A DNA stretch of 64,000 bases from Negaprion brevirostris (lineage: Eukaryota), in contig JARDVH010000031.1 of NCBI GenBank assembly GCA_030324005.1, forward strand, positions 38,609,614-38,673,613, read 5' to 3'. Every line of letters begins with the position of its first letter. Position 1 is the stretch's first letter. A model generated the notes under the pieces. The model was not told the DNA's origin. It searched no databases and was given only the letters and a program-made list of their open reading frames with translations. A program made the position numbers and the translations under genes. This document shows positions 26,341-38,300 of the stretch, in pieces.

Positions 26341-29300
26341 CTGTAAATGGTTGAAAGATAAAAGTTTATAATCTTGGTTCAAAGTGTACATTTTACCTCC
26401 ATAAATATTACTTCCAAGCATCTAACTTCAAATAAGAGAGTAAACGGATATTAAAATCCTCCAATTTGGCTTAGTTGTGCCTTGCACATAGCCAAGAAGG
26501 TGCACTTATTGCAAAGCATAGACGGGCCAAGTCAGTTTCTTCAATGTTTCAATGAAAGTCCTGCCTTCATGACCAGTGGCTGAGTATTAATCATTGGTGC
26601 AATTTAAACCCACTGCAGCATGCTTTGAAGTACAACCAACACTCTACCTAACAGCAGCTATACTATTAGATATCTGCCTACATTTTATGTTCATTTAATG
26701 TTGTGAAGTAGCAGTGAATTATTAACAAGGTCATATGTCAAGCAATCATTTACATAAACAGCTCGCTCAGCCCAACTGATCAGTGTTGATAGTCAACGTA
26801 CACAATCCCGTTTCCAAATTTCTATACCTTTAATCATTTGCCAAAATTATTCAGGAATGTTGAGTTGGTTTCTCCTTGTGTTCTACAGTTTTATCATCTT
26901 CAAAGAATGTTGCATTTTATACAAAATTCCTTACATTTAATTCTTATACCTATATCTCCTCAATCTAATCATCACAATCACTGGAAACAGTCCACTATGT
27001 TCTACTCTGTCCCATCGTTAAAATAACCACCTGTCAAAATCACCATATCATTTCCGTTTTATAAAAAGCAGTTCAATAGATATATTCTAAGAAGTTATAC
27101 AACTGTGAAATTAAATTTGCTTAATTCATGTGATTTTGTTCATCGTTTNNNNNNNNNNNNNNNNNNNNNNNNNNNNNNNNNNNNNNNNNNNNNNNNNNNN
27201 NNNNNNNNNNNNNNNNNNNNNNNNNNNNNNNNNNNNNNNNNNNNNNNNNNNNNNNNNNNNNNNNNNNNNNNNNNNNNNNNNNNNNNNNNNNNNNNNNNNN
27301 NNNNNNNNNNNNNNNNNNNNNNNNNNNNNNNNNNNNNNNNNNNNNNNNNNNNNNNNNNNNNNNNNNNNNNNNNNNNNNNNNNNNNNNNNNNNNNNNNNNN
27401 NNNNNNNNNNNNNNNNNNNNNNNNNNNNNNNNNNNNGCTAAATATATTTAAGACGCGGGTTGATAGGTTTTTGATAGGCAAGGGAATTAAGGGTTATGGG
27501 GAGAGGGCGGGAAAGTGGAACTGAGTCATGACAGATCAGCCATGATCTTATTGAATGGCAGGGCAGGCTCGAAGGGCTAGATGGCCTACTCCTGTTCCTA
27601 GTTCTTATGTTCTTAGATCAGGTAGACATTTGCTGTGCACTGGGCCAGCTTTTAAAAATGATGCCTGGATCATTGCTTTGCTGAGTTGATGATGGGGCAA
27701 GCAAATCAGAGGATGCCCGCCAGCAATACAATGTAGAACCCCCAGCAGCCTGCCCTTTTTCTCAAAGTCCTACACTATTGCAGAAAAAGCCACCATTGGC
27801 ACCAACGTCTGGCAGGAAAAGGGGCATTGAGGCCAACTATGTCAAAGCTGCAGAGGGAACTGATAATGCACCATGGCCACAGATATTTCTAAACAAGTAA
27901 GTGATGTTTGATTGGAAGTATCATAAGGACATGCTTTACTGACAATTTATACAAATAATGACACCCAAGGTTTCTCAAAGAAGGGATCGATTTGCTCTCT
28001 TACTTTCTGCATGTTCAAGAACACTATCGCTGCATGATTCAGCACCTGAATACACCCATATTCTCCTATGTTCTTCACCATGTGGTGTCACAATAATTGC
28101 TTCCTTTTGGTGATTAGTGTTCAGTTTCCTGTTGAAGACAACATTTAATTTCAACACAAAACATGTTCAGGAAAGTAATCATTCAAGTATAAAATAGATA
28201 AGTCAAACTGCTGAATGGTGACGGACTGGCAACCAGAATAATAAAGTCCAAACTCATAACTACATTCAAATAGAATCTTTTATAACCAGAAGCTAAACAT
28301 TAAGACGTTAAACATCATTAGCATTCATATCCTGTTCTGTCCTTGCTTGCATTCAAATCAATTGTGACCAGCTTTATGCTAACAATATCGGGGCACAGTT
28401 ACACTGAGGAATTAAGAACTCTATCATTACTGCAAATGTTGATTGCCAGCACATTCTACAACATACTTATATTGCATCAGTCACAATACCAACATGCTGG
28501 GATAGAAAATACTATAGTTAAAAAGGTCTCATCATTAACGATCACAATTACCAGTACCCAAATATAATTTGAAACTACAACCAGTAATATAATTCCTTTC
28601 CCTTACCTATCATAAAGAATGGTACCAGGATGGCTAATGGATCGTTTCATCTGCAATATCAAAATGAAAGTTACCAACTTTAAAATCATCTAAATTAAGC
28701 TTGTATCACAACTCAATTTACATCAGGTGCAAATCATGAAAAAGACAAAGTTTTACAAGAAATAGCAGTAATCAAATTGCAAAAACATTAGAAAGTTTTT
28801 TTTATAGTATCATACCCGAACCATCTGAACAGGTGATGGTGATACAGGAGAGACAAGTGGATCAGTGAGAGAGAATTGGAACATTTCTGGTTTAAACTTG
28901 GCATTGGCTATTTTCATACACTCATCAAGAGTTGTAATGAAGGTATTGCAAGTGGCACTGAGCAAGGATGAGGCTTCACTCATGTTCTATGAAAAAACAA
29001 AATGTTATTTAAATGTAGAGATTTCACAACATACTTTAAATGTAGACTGCACAATTGATCGTTGTCGTGTATCTATATTAATCCAAATACAAAGCTACGC
29101 AGGAACCTAAAAGCTTGATGCAATTTATAGATTTCATGCAAAATGTTTTTAAGTTATGAAATATGAAGCAGCACTTTACCCAACTTCTATTATTGGAATA
29201 AGAATTCAGCTTTTGTTTATTTTACAGACTTAGCTGGGTAACTGTTCATTAATTCACAAACTTGTAGCAGAAAGATAGGTAAACACTTTAACCTGATAAT

Positions 29301-32300
29301 GAAGTAAGCAGAAAAAGAGGAGAGAGCATCTACTCTTTTGTATAATATTCACAGAAATAGTGAGGTTATAGAACTCACTTCCAGAGAGGATGGTTATGGC
29401 ACAAACTGTCAGCATTCAAGATTATCTTTGACAGGTGGATGAAGGGACATTGTACAAGTTCTGTAAATGCAAACAGAACTTTTTCCTTGGATGAAAGATC
29501 AGCACCAACATGAATGGGCAGCATGGTGGCACAGTGCTTAGTGCTCCTGCCTCACAGCCCACGGGACCCAGGTTCAATCCTCGGTCCTGTCTGTGCAGAG
29601 TTTGCACATTTGCCCCGTGTCTGTGCGGGTTTCCTCGAAAGACGTGCTGGTTAGATATACTGGAATGCTAAATTCTCTCTCCATATTCCCCAGCAGGCAC
29701 CGGAATGTGGCAACTAGGGGATTTTCACAATAATTTCATTGCAGTGTTATCGCAAGCCTACTTGTGACACTACTAAATAAACTTCTTTGGACTTGTGATC
29801 CATTTCTATTGTAGCTTTTATGTATTTCGATGACTTGGTAGAATGATTTACATATAGCAAAAGAAAAACACTTGTCAACAAAAGAAAGTCATAGACTGAC
29901 CATAAGGCAGTTTGACTCAGGAGCTTCTGACTATGGCCCAACAGTCCACTGCACATCCATGAGAGTAGGAAATTTAATTACATGTTTACCAAATCTAACA
30001 TCTATCAGTTTATCTTCTGATACATCATACCTCAGCAGAGGATGAGAAACTTGGCTGGTCTTGTCTGACAGACTCCTGTATTGTATGAACTTGCTGCATC
30101 AATAAATCACAGTACAACCGAAGTTCTGACATCTTAGTTTTGAGAGACTCATTGGTTTCACTGATTTCTAGAGAATTCAAATAAAAGCGCACAATTTACA
30201 GATAAGCCAAGGGATTCATTTACACAAACGAGCTCAGTATCAGTTTGTTCAGCAAGAGTGAATGGATTAATTTGAATGGACTGAGAAGGAAAGGGAATGC
30301 AGTACCAACGTCAATCTATTTTGGTTTTTTTGCGACTTTGTGTAATTTACAAAATGAAAATTGGTAACTTTCAGAGAGCAACTGATATTTTTGAACATAT
30401 ATCTAAAAAGTTATAATCGTTGCATTTACTTTTATTTTCCTAATCAGCATGGTGTAAGGGTCCTGGACCAGAATCCCAGACCAGAATCCCAAATTACATT
30501 AAGAAGCCAGACTAGACCCCAACTATTTTTCTATTTTGGCATAAATGTGAGGATCAGATGCTTCACTCCAGGATTAATTCCACTGACAAATTAGGGATAC
30601 CTTATAATAAAGCAAACTTTATTTAATAACACCGTTTAAGTATAACTCTAACAAATAATGGAGCTTAACTATTAAGGGTTGAACAATAGTTAAAAATGAA
30701 GGAAAACATTTCCTTCCGTAGAAATTATTTAATTTCTAATTTATTACTGTTTCAGTTCCAAATATGCAACATTCTCTTACAGGCTTAAAATTCCACTTTA
30801 AATTCAGTTAGGAACATAAATATACTAGCTATGAGTGTAAACAGCCTTGAAGCAGTGAGAGATTTTTGTGGAGAGAGCAGTTTGTAGAAAATCTGTCTTC
30901 AAAACAAACCTCAGCCAGAACTGAAAGCTGTTTTCCTCTGCTACAAACCTAGTTCCTCCCATTTAGTATATTTATTGGTATTTATATATTTATTAATATT
31001 TATATATTATCATTTACCTAGCTCCTCCCAATCAACCTAATCAAAAACCCTTGGGGAATAATTCACTTATAAACAAAACTCGATTAGCTCTTGTAAATAA
31101 ACACTACATGGCCCAATGAGAAATTATTCTACTCTCCTACAGCATCCGAGCTGTGTCCCCTCCAGATATACTGATTACTTGTAGAAAAAACCTAAATGTT
31201 AAAACCAATCCCCTTAAACATAAAATATAGCAATAGCACACTATCATCACAATGGGTTTAGTAGGCACTATCAATGATTTGCTGACTTTGGACATTTTCA
31301 TATAATCAACTCCAAATGACTTAACCCAGTTACGTTCACTAAAATGGGCATAAGAAATAGTGTAAGGGTGACCAGAAAAACCTAATTATTTGCACAACAG
31401 TTTATCAGGAAAACAAAGTTACAACAGAGAGTTTACAATTGCCTCTATTGTGTGTTACAAATCTTGTTTGCAATTAATGTTACCTTTTTCCTTTTTAGTC
31501 CTGGTATCTGTCAGACATGCTTTTGAACTTCCTAATGCCACCAACCATCTCTGCCTTTCAGCAGCATTGACTGATTTCACATAGAAATGCTGCTCTCCAG
31601 GAATAATCAACTCCATTCGTGTGCTGTCTGTTGGATGTACTAATTTTAAAGAAAAATAACTTATGAAATATTCTAGTAGTATGCCAAATGCAAAATACTT
31701 ACAATAATTTTTTTTGGAAATTTGTAATTAAAAACTACAATTGGTACTCTAACATCCATAAAAAAGGTTAGCAACCTACAACGATTTACAAGCTATCTGA
31801 TAAATTATCAAGTTTTGATTTTCTGAAGATGAACCTTCAGTAAATGTGAATTAAACCAATGCTTAGAGCATCTTGCCCTAAATTCTAAAACACAGAATTT
31901 AAAGAACTCTAAAATGAAGATCCCACAGTAGTAATATGTCACAAGGAGTTTGGAAAGAAATGTATATGATAAACTACTTTCATTCACGATATTTTGACTT
32001 GGGAAATAGGTTATTCTTTACCTTTAATTTCACAGACAGCCATTTTGATACTTCCTTTGCTGCCTTTATTAACATCATCCTGAGAATCATAATAGGAAAG
32101 TATGCCATTGTCCAGTATGAACCAACGAGGCTGCCAACCTGGGAGAGAGAAATAGCAATTGCAAAACCTGGTTCGAACTAATTTTTTGAAGCAACAACGT
32201 TCACAGGACAAGAACTCGTTTCTTTGGAACTAATCCTACCCAATTATTTTGACCTATATAGATGGAAAGTAAAAGGCTATTCTGATCCCAATTTTGAACA

Positions 32301-35300
32301 GTAATGCTAAAAAAAATCTTAAATATTAAACGTCATTGATGTACATGTGGGCTACATCCTTGAATAGCAGAGCATGAATTACTGTAGGATTAGGTGCTGT
32401 AAAGGTAACCCTTTGTAAACCCTGTAAAGGTAATAAAATGTTAGCAACCTGATTCAAATCTAAGAAAAGATGATTTAGAAAGTATTCTGCCAGTTGTAAG
32501 CTCCTATGTGAAATATGTTGGACAGGCTGAACCCAGTTCCTATGTACACAGTTCTAAACTCCAAAATGGAAATGTTACATTTGCATTCAATGGGCATAGA
32601 AGGATATGGGCCAAATGCAGCCAATTGGGATTAGGTTAGGGTTAAAAGGGTGGCATGGACAAGTTGGGCCGAATGGCTTGTTTCCGTGCTGTAAACCTCT
32701 ATGATTTCAAATCAGGGTAGATATCTTTTTGGAAAATAATAATTCGGAACTAGACATGTTACAACCCGACCTGAGTGTATTTGATATCAACAGTGGAATA
32801 TGAAATAGAAAAGAACTCTGTTCCCAAGACAAATATACTTCACTTTGCTTCATACATTCTAAAAAAAAGTTTAATGATTACAGTACATTCAGAGGTTATA
32901 TTGGGTGAAGCTAATGTGGTCTAGTTTGAAAAATAATACAAGAGAAAAACTCAACTGATGATCCCTCAAGTGTACTGTTATCAGTGGATTACATAAGAAC
33001 ATAAGAACATAAGAAATAGGAGCAGGAGTAGGCCATGTAGCCCTTCNNNNNNNNNNNNNNNNNNNNNNNNNNNNNNNNNNNNNNNNNNNNNNNNNNNNNN
33101 NNNNNNNNNNNNNNNNNNNNNNNNNNNNNNNNNNNNNNNNNNNNNNNNNNNNNNNNNNNNNNNNNNNNNNNNNNNNNNNNNNNNNNNNNNNNNNNNNCTC
33201 CTTGATGACGGATTCTAACATTTTACCAACAACAGACGTTAAACTAACCGGCCTATAATTCCCTGCCTTTTGCCAGATTAGTAGCCAGATTAGATGCTGA
33301 TTAGTAGCAGCATCCCTGACTATTGCCTTATTCAAGATTAGATTAGAGTATGCAGTTAGGGAGAAAATACTTTATTTTAGAATTTAAAATCCCTCACTCC
33401 ATTTCAAAAAATTAAACATGAACTCTGTTTCATGTCTGATCTGTCATTCAATAAATTCACAACTGATTTGACTGTGGCCTTAACTCCACTTGCATGCCTG
33501 CCCTTCCATAACACTTGATTCCTTTGTAGATCAAAAATCTGGCTTTATCAGCCTTGCTGGGGAATAGAATTACAAACATTAATGGCACTCAGAGAACCAA
33601 TCCTCATCTCCATCTTAAATGGTACAGCCTTATTTCAAAGCTCCCCAAATTCAAGTTTCCCCCATAAGGGGAAACATTCTCTCAGCATTTATCTTCAAAC
33701 TCTCTCAGAATTTTAGGTTTCAATAAGATCAGCTCTCATTCGTCTAAAGTCCAATCAGTACAGACCCAACTTGCTCAACCTTTTCTCCTGAGACCAATCC
33801 CTCACCATAGAAATCGACCCAGTGAACTTTCCCTGAACTGCTCCTAATGCAAGTAAGGTGACCAAAACTGTACAGTGCTTCAGGTATGGTCTCAATCAAT
33901 GCCTTTGTAGTTGTAGAAAGACTTTCCTACTGTTGTTGTCCAAGAAAAATCCTTTGCAAGAAAGGTCAACATTCCATTTGGCTTCCTAATCTCTTGCTGG
34001 GCCAGCATGTTGGCAGTTCACATACAAGGACACATCTCTCTGTCCTGCAGCATTCTNNNNNNNNNNNNNNNNNNNNNNNNNNNNNNNNNNNNNNNNNNNN
34101 NNNNNNNNNNNNNNNNNNNNNNNNNNNNNNNNNNNNNNNNNNNNNNNNNNNNNNNNNNNNNNNNNNNNNNNNNNNNNNNNNNNNNNNNNNNNNNNNNNNN
34201 NNNNNNNNNNNNNNNNNNNNNNNNNNNNNNNNNNNNNNNNNNNNNNNNNNNNNNNNNNNNNNNNNNNNNNNNNNNNNNNNNNNNNNNNNNNNNNNNNNNN
34301 NNNNNNNNNNNNNNNNNNNNNNNNNNNNNNNNNNNNNNNNNNNNNNNNNNNNNNNNNNNNNNNNNNNNNNNNNNNNNNNNNNNNNNNNNNNNNNNNNNNN
34401 NNNNNNNNNNNNNNNNNNNNNNNNNNNNNNNNNNNNNNNNNNNNNNNNNNNNNNNNNNNNNNNNNNNNNNNNNNNNNNNNNNNNNNNNNNNNNNNNNNNN
34501 NNNNNNNNNNNNNNNNNNNNNNNNNNNNNNNNNNNNNNNNNNNNNNNNNNNNNNNNNNNNNNNNNNNNNNNNNNNNNNNNNNNNNNNNNNNNNGAGGCCC
34601 TTCGGCCCATCGAGTCTGCACCGAACACAATCCCACCCAGGCCCTACCCCCATATCCCTACATATTATACTCACTAATCCCGCTAACCTAAGCATCCCTA
34701 GACACCAAGGGGCAATTTCTCAGCATGGCCAATCAACCTAACCCACACATCTTTGGACTGTGGGAGGAAACCGGAGCACCTGGAGGAAACCCTTGCAGAC
34801 ACGAGGAGAATGTGCAAACTCCACACTAACAGTGACGTGAGCTAGGAATCAAACTCAGGACCCTGGAGCTGTGAAGCAGCTAACAAATGTCTCACTACTA
34901 GCTCTTTAATAATGGATTCTAGCATATTCCCAGATGACAGACATTAGGCTAACTGGCCTATGGTTTCCTGCTCTCTGTCCCCTCATTTCTTTAACAAAGG
35001 TATTACATTTGCAGTTTTCTAATCTGCTGGGATTTTCCAGAATGTAGAGAATTTTCAAAAATTACAACCAACGTATCCGGCAACCAATTCCATTAAGGCG
35101 CTAGGATGCAGGCCAAAAGGTCCAAAGCCCTTGTCAACCTCGTGTCTTATTAGAATTCTCATTATTTTTTCTCTAGTATATTGATTGTTTTATGTCTTGA
35201 TCTTCTTTTATTCTTGTGAAATGCTTTGTGTCTTCGACTATGAAGAAGAATATACCCTTTGCCATTTCCTCATTTCCCATTATTAATTCCACTGTCCTAT

Positions 35301-38300
35301 CATCAAAGGGACCAATGCTCACTTTAACTACACTTTCCCTTTTTATATACAGGGACTGGACCCCTTTTCTGGCATCCCGAAAAATCGGCTGCATTTGACA
35401 GTGTCGCCATGTTTAGCAATTTGAATATGACGTGCAGATTAATTTGTCAAGCTCTCACCTTATTTAATGGTACTATTGACTGCCACATCAACTACCTGTA
35501 CAGTGTTTCTCTGTAGTTCTAGCCTTTATTATTCCTGGTTTCATGTCAAAAAGGTAAACAAATAATCAGCAGAAAATGGAGTTAGTATCTGGGTAAAGAA
35601 CAATGCTTCAGTGAAAAGTATGGTGCTGGTACATTGACATTTATGAGTTAAAGAAACAAAGGGAGGAGTTTCTTAAAGCTTATGCTGCCAGTAATTTGTC
35701 CTAATTAATGGATAATAGGAGAACATTCCATCAGTCAAGACTATCCATGCAGACTAAGTGCTACTAAGTGAATCAGGCAGCATCAAAGCTAGAAATATCC
35801 ATTTGATCATCACCATGGGCCAAGTTATTATGTGGCAAAGTGAAAGCGTTCCATGAAGAACCACACTTAACAACACCATGCAAATACTCACTACGTTGGT
35901 ATAACAAATGTTTAAAAACACTATGGTGTTTGTCTATTCAAAGTATGCGGTCAAAAAGCTTCAGGTGCCCTTCAAGCTGCAGAGGCATAATTAGAAGCAT
36001 TTTCCACAATAATATCAGAAGGTCTAACAGCAGAGTAAGTGTATAATATCGATGAGGCCTCTATCTTAGAGGCACGTTCCCAAGAAAACTGATGTAACTG
36101 CGGGTGAGACTGCAGCTATGAGATTCAAAGATTTTAAGGAACAAACAGCTTACTATACTGGGATGTTCAAATGCCATGATGTGGAGATGCTGATGTTGGA
36201 CTGGGGTAAGCACAGTAAGAAGTCTCACAACACCAGGTTAAAATCCAACTGTTTATTTGATAGTACAAGCCAATGGAGCAGCGCTCTGTAAGTTTGTGGC
36301 TTGTGCTACCAAATAAACCTGTTGGACTTTAACCTGGTGTTGTGAGACTTCTTACTATGTTCAAATGCAGCATGCACCCACAGGTGTAAATTGCTTATTA
36401 CTGGTAAAAGTCAGAGTCCGAGGTCTTTTAAGGGGATCAAGAATTTTTCTGTTTCTTATAAGGCCAATTTTCCTTGATTGATACGAGAATCATTTTGTCC
36501 CTGAAGCCAGAACTCATGATCAGTGGGGGGTCTTGCCAGGGCTGCAAAATTATGTTACTTTGTGATAATATGCTGCACATCCCACTGCAGAGCTCATCAT
36601 CCGCGACAATGTTTTTGGAATTTATTTGTCCAGTCCATGGATAAAGGAATTCTGCGGGCATTTGGGCCCAAGGCTGAATTAACCTGCAAAGAGCTCTCAG
36701 TGCACAGGAGGCTTGGAACTTAAGAAATTCCAGAAAGAATTCAATACAAAAGATGCACTCAGGAATGTTGTGAAGGACCAATCTATTCCAAAACGTTTTG
36801 ATAAATGGATGGCACAGCTTATGATTTTTAAATGGTAAGTGAAACTGCACCTGATTTTAGTGGTTTTTGGGTGTCTGAGGAGAAAAAAATTGAAGATATG
36901 CAAAGGAATAATCATGAGCTTAGATGAAGAAGCAGTTGAGGACTGTATAAACACTGATAATGGTGCTCTAGTTCACCTCCTTCCTCACTGACAGTGAGAT
37001 ATATGATACGGTCACAAATAAAAATAAACAGAACAAGAGTGATAATGATGAAAATAATGTGTTGGATAAACAGGTCTGGCCACATCTGTGGAGAGAGAGA
37101 AAGAGTTAACATTTTGAGTCCATACGACTCCTCTTCAGAGTTGAAGAGTGATAGAAATGTGATGGACCTTTTACTGTTGGAGAAAAGGTCAGAGATAGGT
37201 GGGAGTGCAGATGATATTTGACAAGGTTGCCATAAATACAATACAAAGATTAATGGTCATGTTAAAGACTATAGAAAGTGCTAATAGTGGCAGAAGGTAC
37301 GATTGCAGAATGTGTTAAGAGCAGAACAAGGGTCAGTACTCTATGCAAGCAAACCATAACAAGTTACAGATGCCTCCGTGGGGAGAGGGGGTTGGGGGAA
37401 AAAAGTAAGATTTAAAAAAATCAAAATGGGGTGGCAGCACAGCTGCCTCAGTGTAGGGACCTGGGTTCAATTCCAGCCTCAGGAACTCTTTATGTAGTTT
37501 GTTTATCTCCCTGTGACCACATAAGTTTTCTCTGGGTGCTCCCACAGTTCCCTCCCACAATCTAAAGATGTGCAGATTAGGTTGATTGGCCAAATTGCCC
37601 AGAATTCAAAATTAAATGTGATGAGTTGGTGTAGCCTCAATGAGCAGAACAACCTCCTTTGGCACAGTGGGGATTCTATGAGAGAGTTCATGGTCTGTAG
37701 TTGTTGAATTCAATGTTAAGTCCAGAAGGTTGCAAAGTATCAAATCGGATGACGTGGTTCCATTCCTCCGGTTTGTGTTGCGTTTCACTGGAACACTGCA
37801 GCATGCCAAGGACGAAAATGTGCGTTTGAGAGCAACACAGTGAGTTAAAATGGCAAGTGACAGAGGGGTCAAGGTCATGGTTGCGACTGAGCGAAGGTAT
37901 TCTACAAATCAGTCACCAAATGTGTGTAATCTTCCCAATGTAAAGGAGGCGGCATTGTGAGCAGCAAATACAGTAGACTAAGTTGAAGACAGTGCAAGTA
38001 AATCATGGTTTTACCTAAAAGCGGTTCCTGGTGCCTTGGATGGCGAGGAGGTAAAAAAGCAACTGCAAGGGAAGGTACACACCATGGCAAGGAGACAAGG
38101 AGTTGGGGATGATGACGGAGTGGATCAGGGTGTCATGGAGGGAACAATTTCTATGGAATACTGACAGAGGTTTGTGGGGAAGATGAATTTTATGGAGTTG
38201 GCAGAATTGGCAAGGGTTAATCCTTTGAATGCGAAGGGGTGGAAAGTGAGGATAAAGGGGATGATTCTGGAAAAGANNNNNNNNNNNNNNNNNNNNNNNN

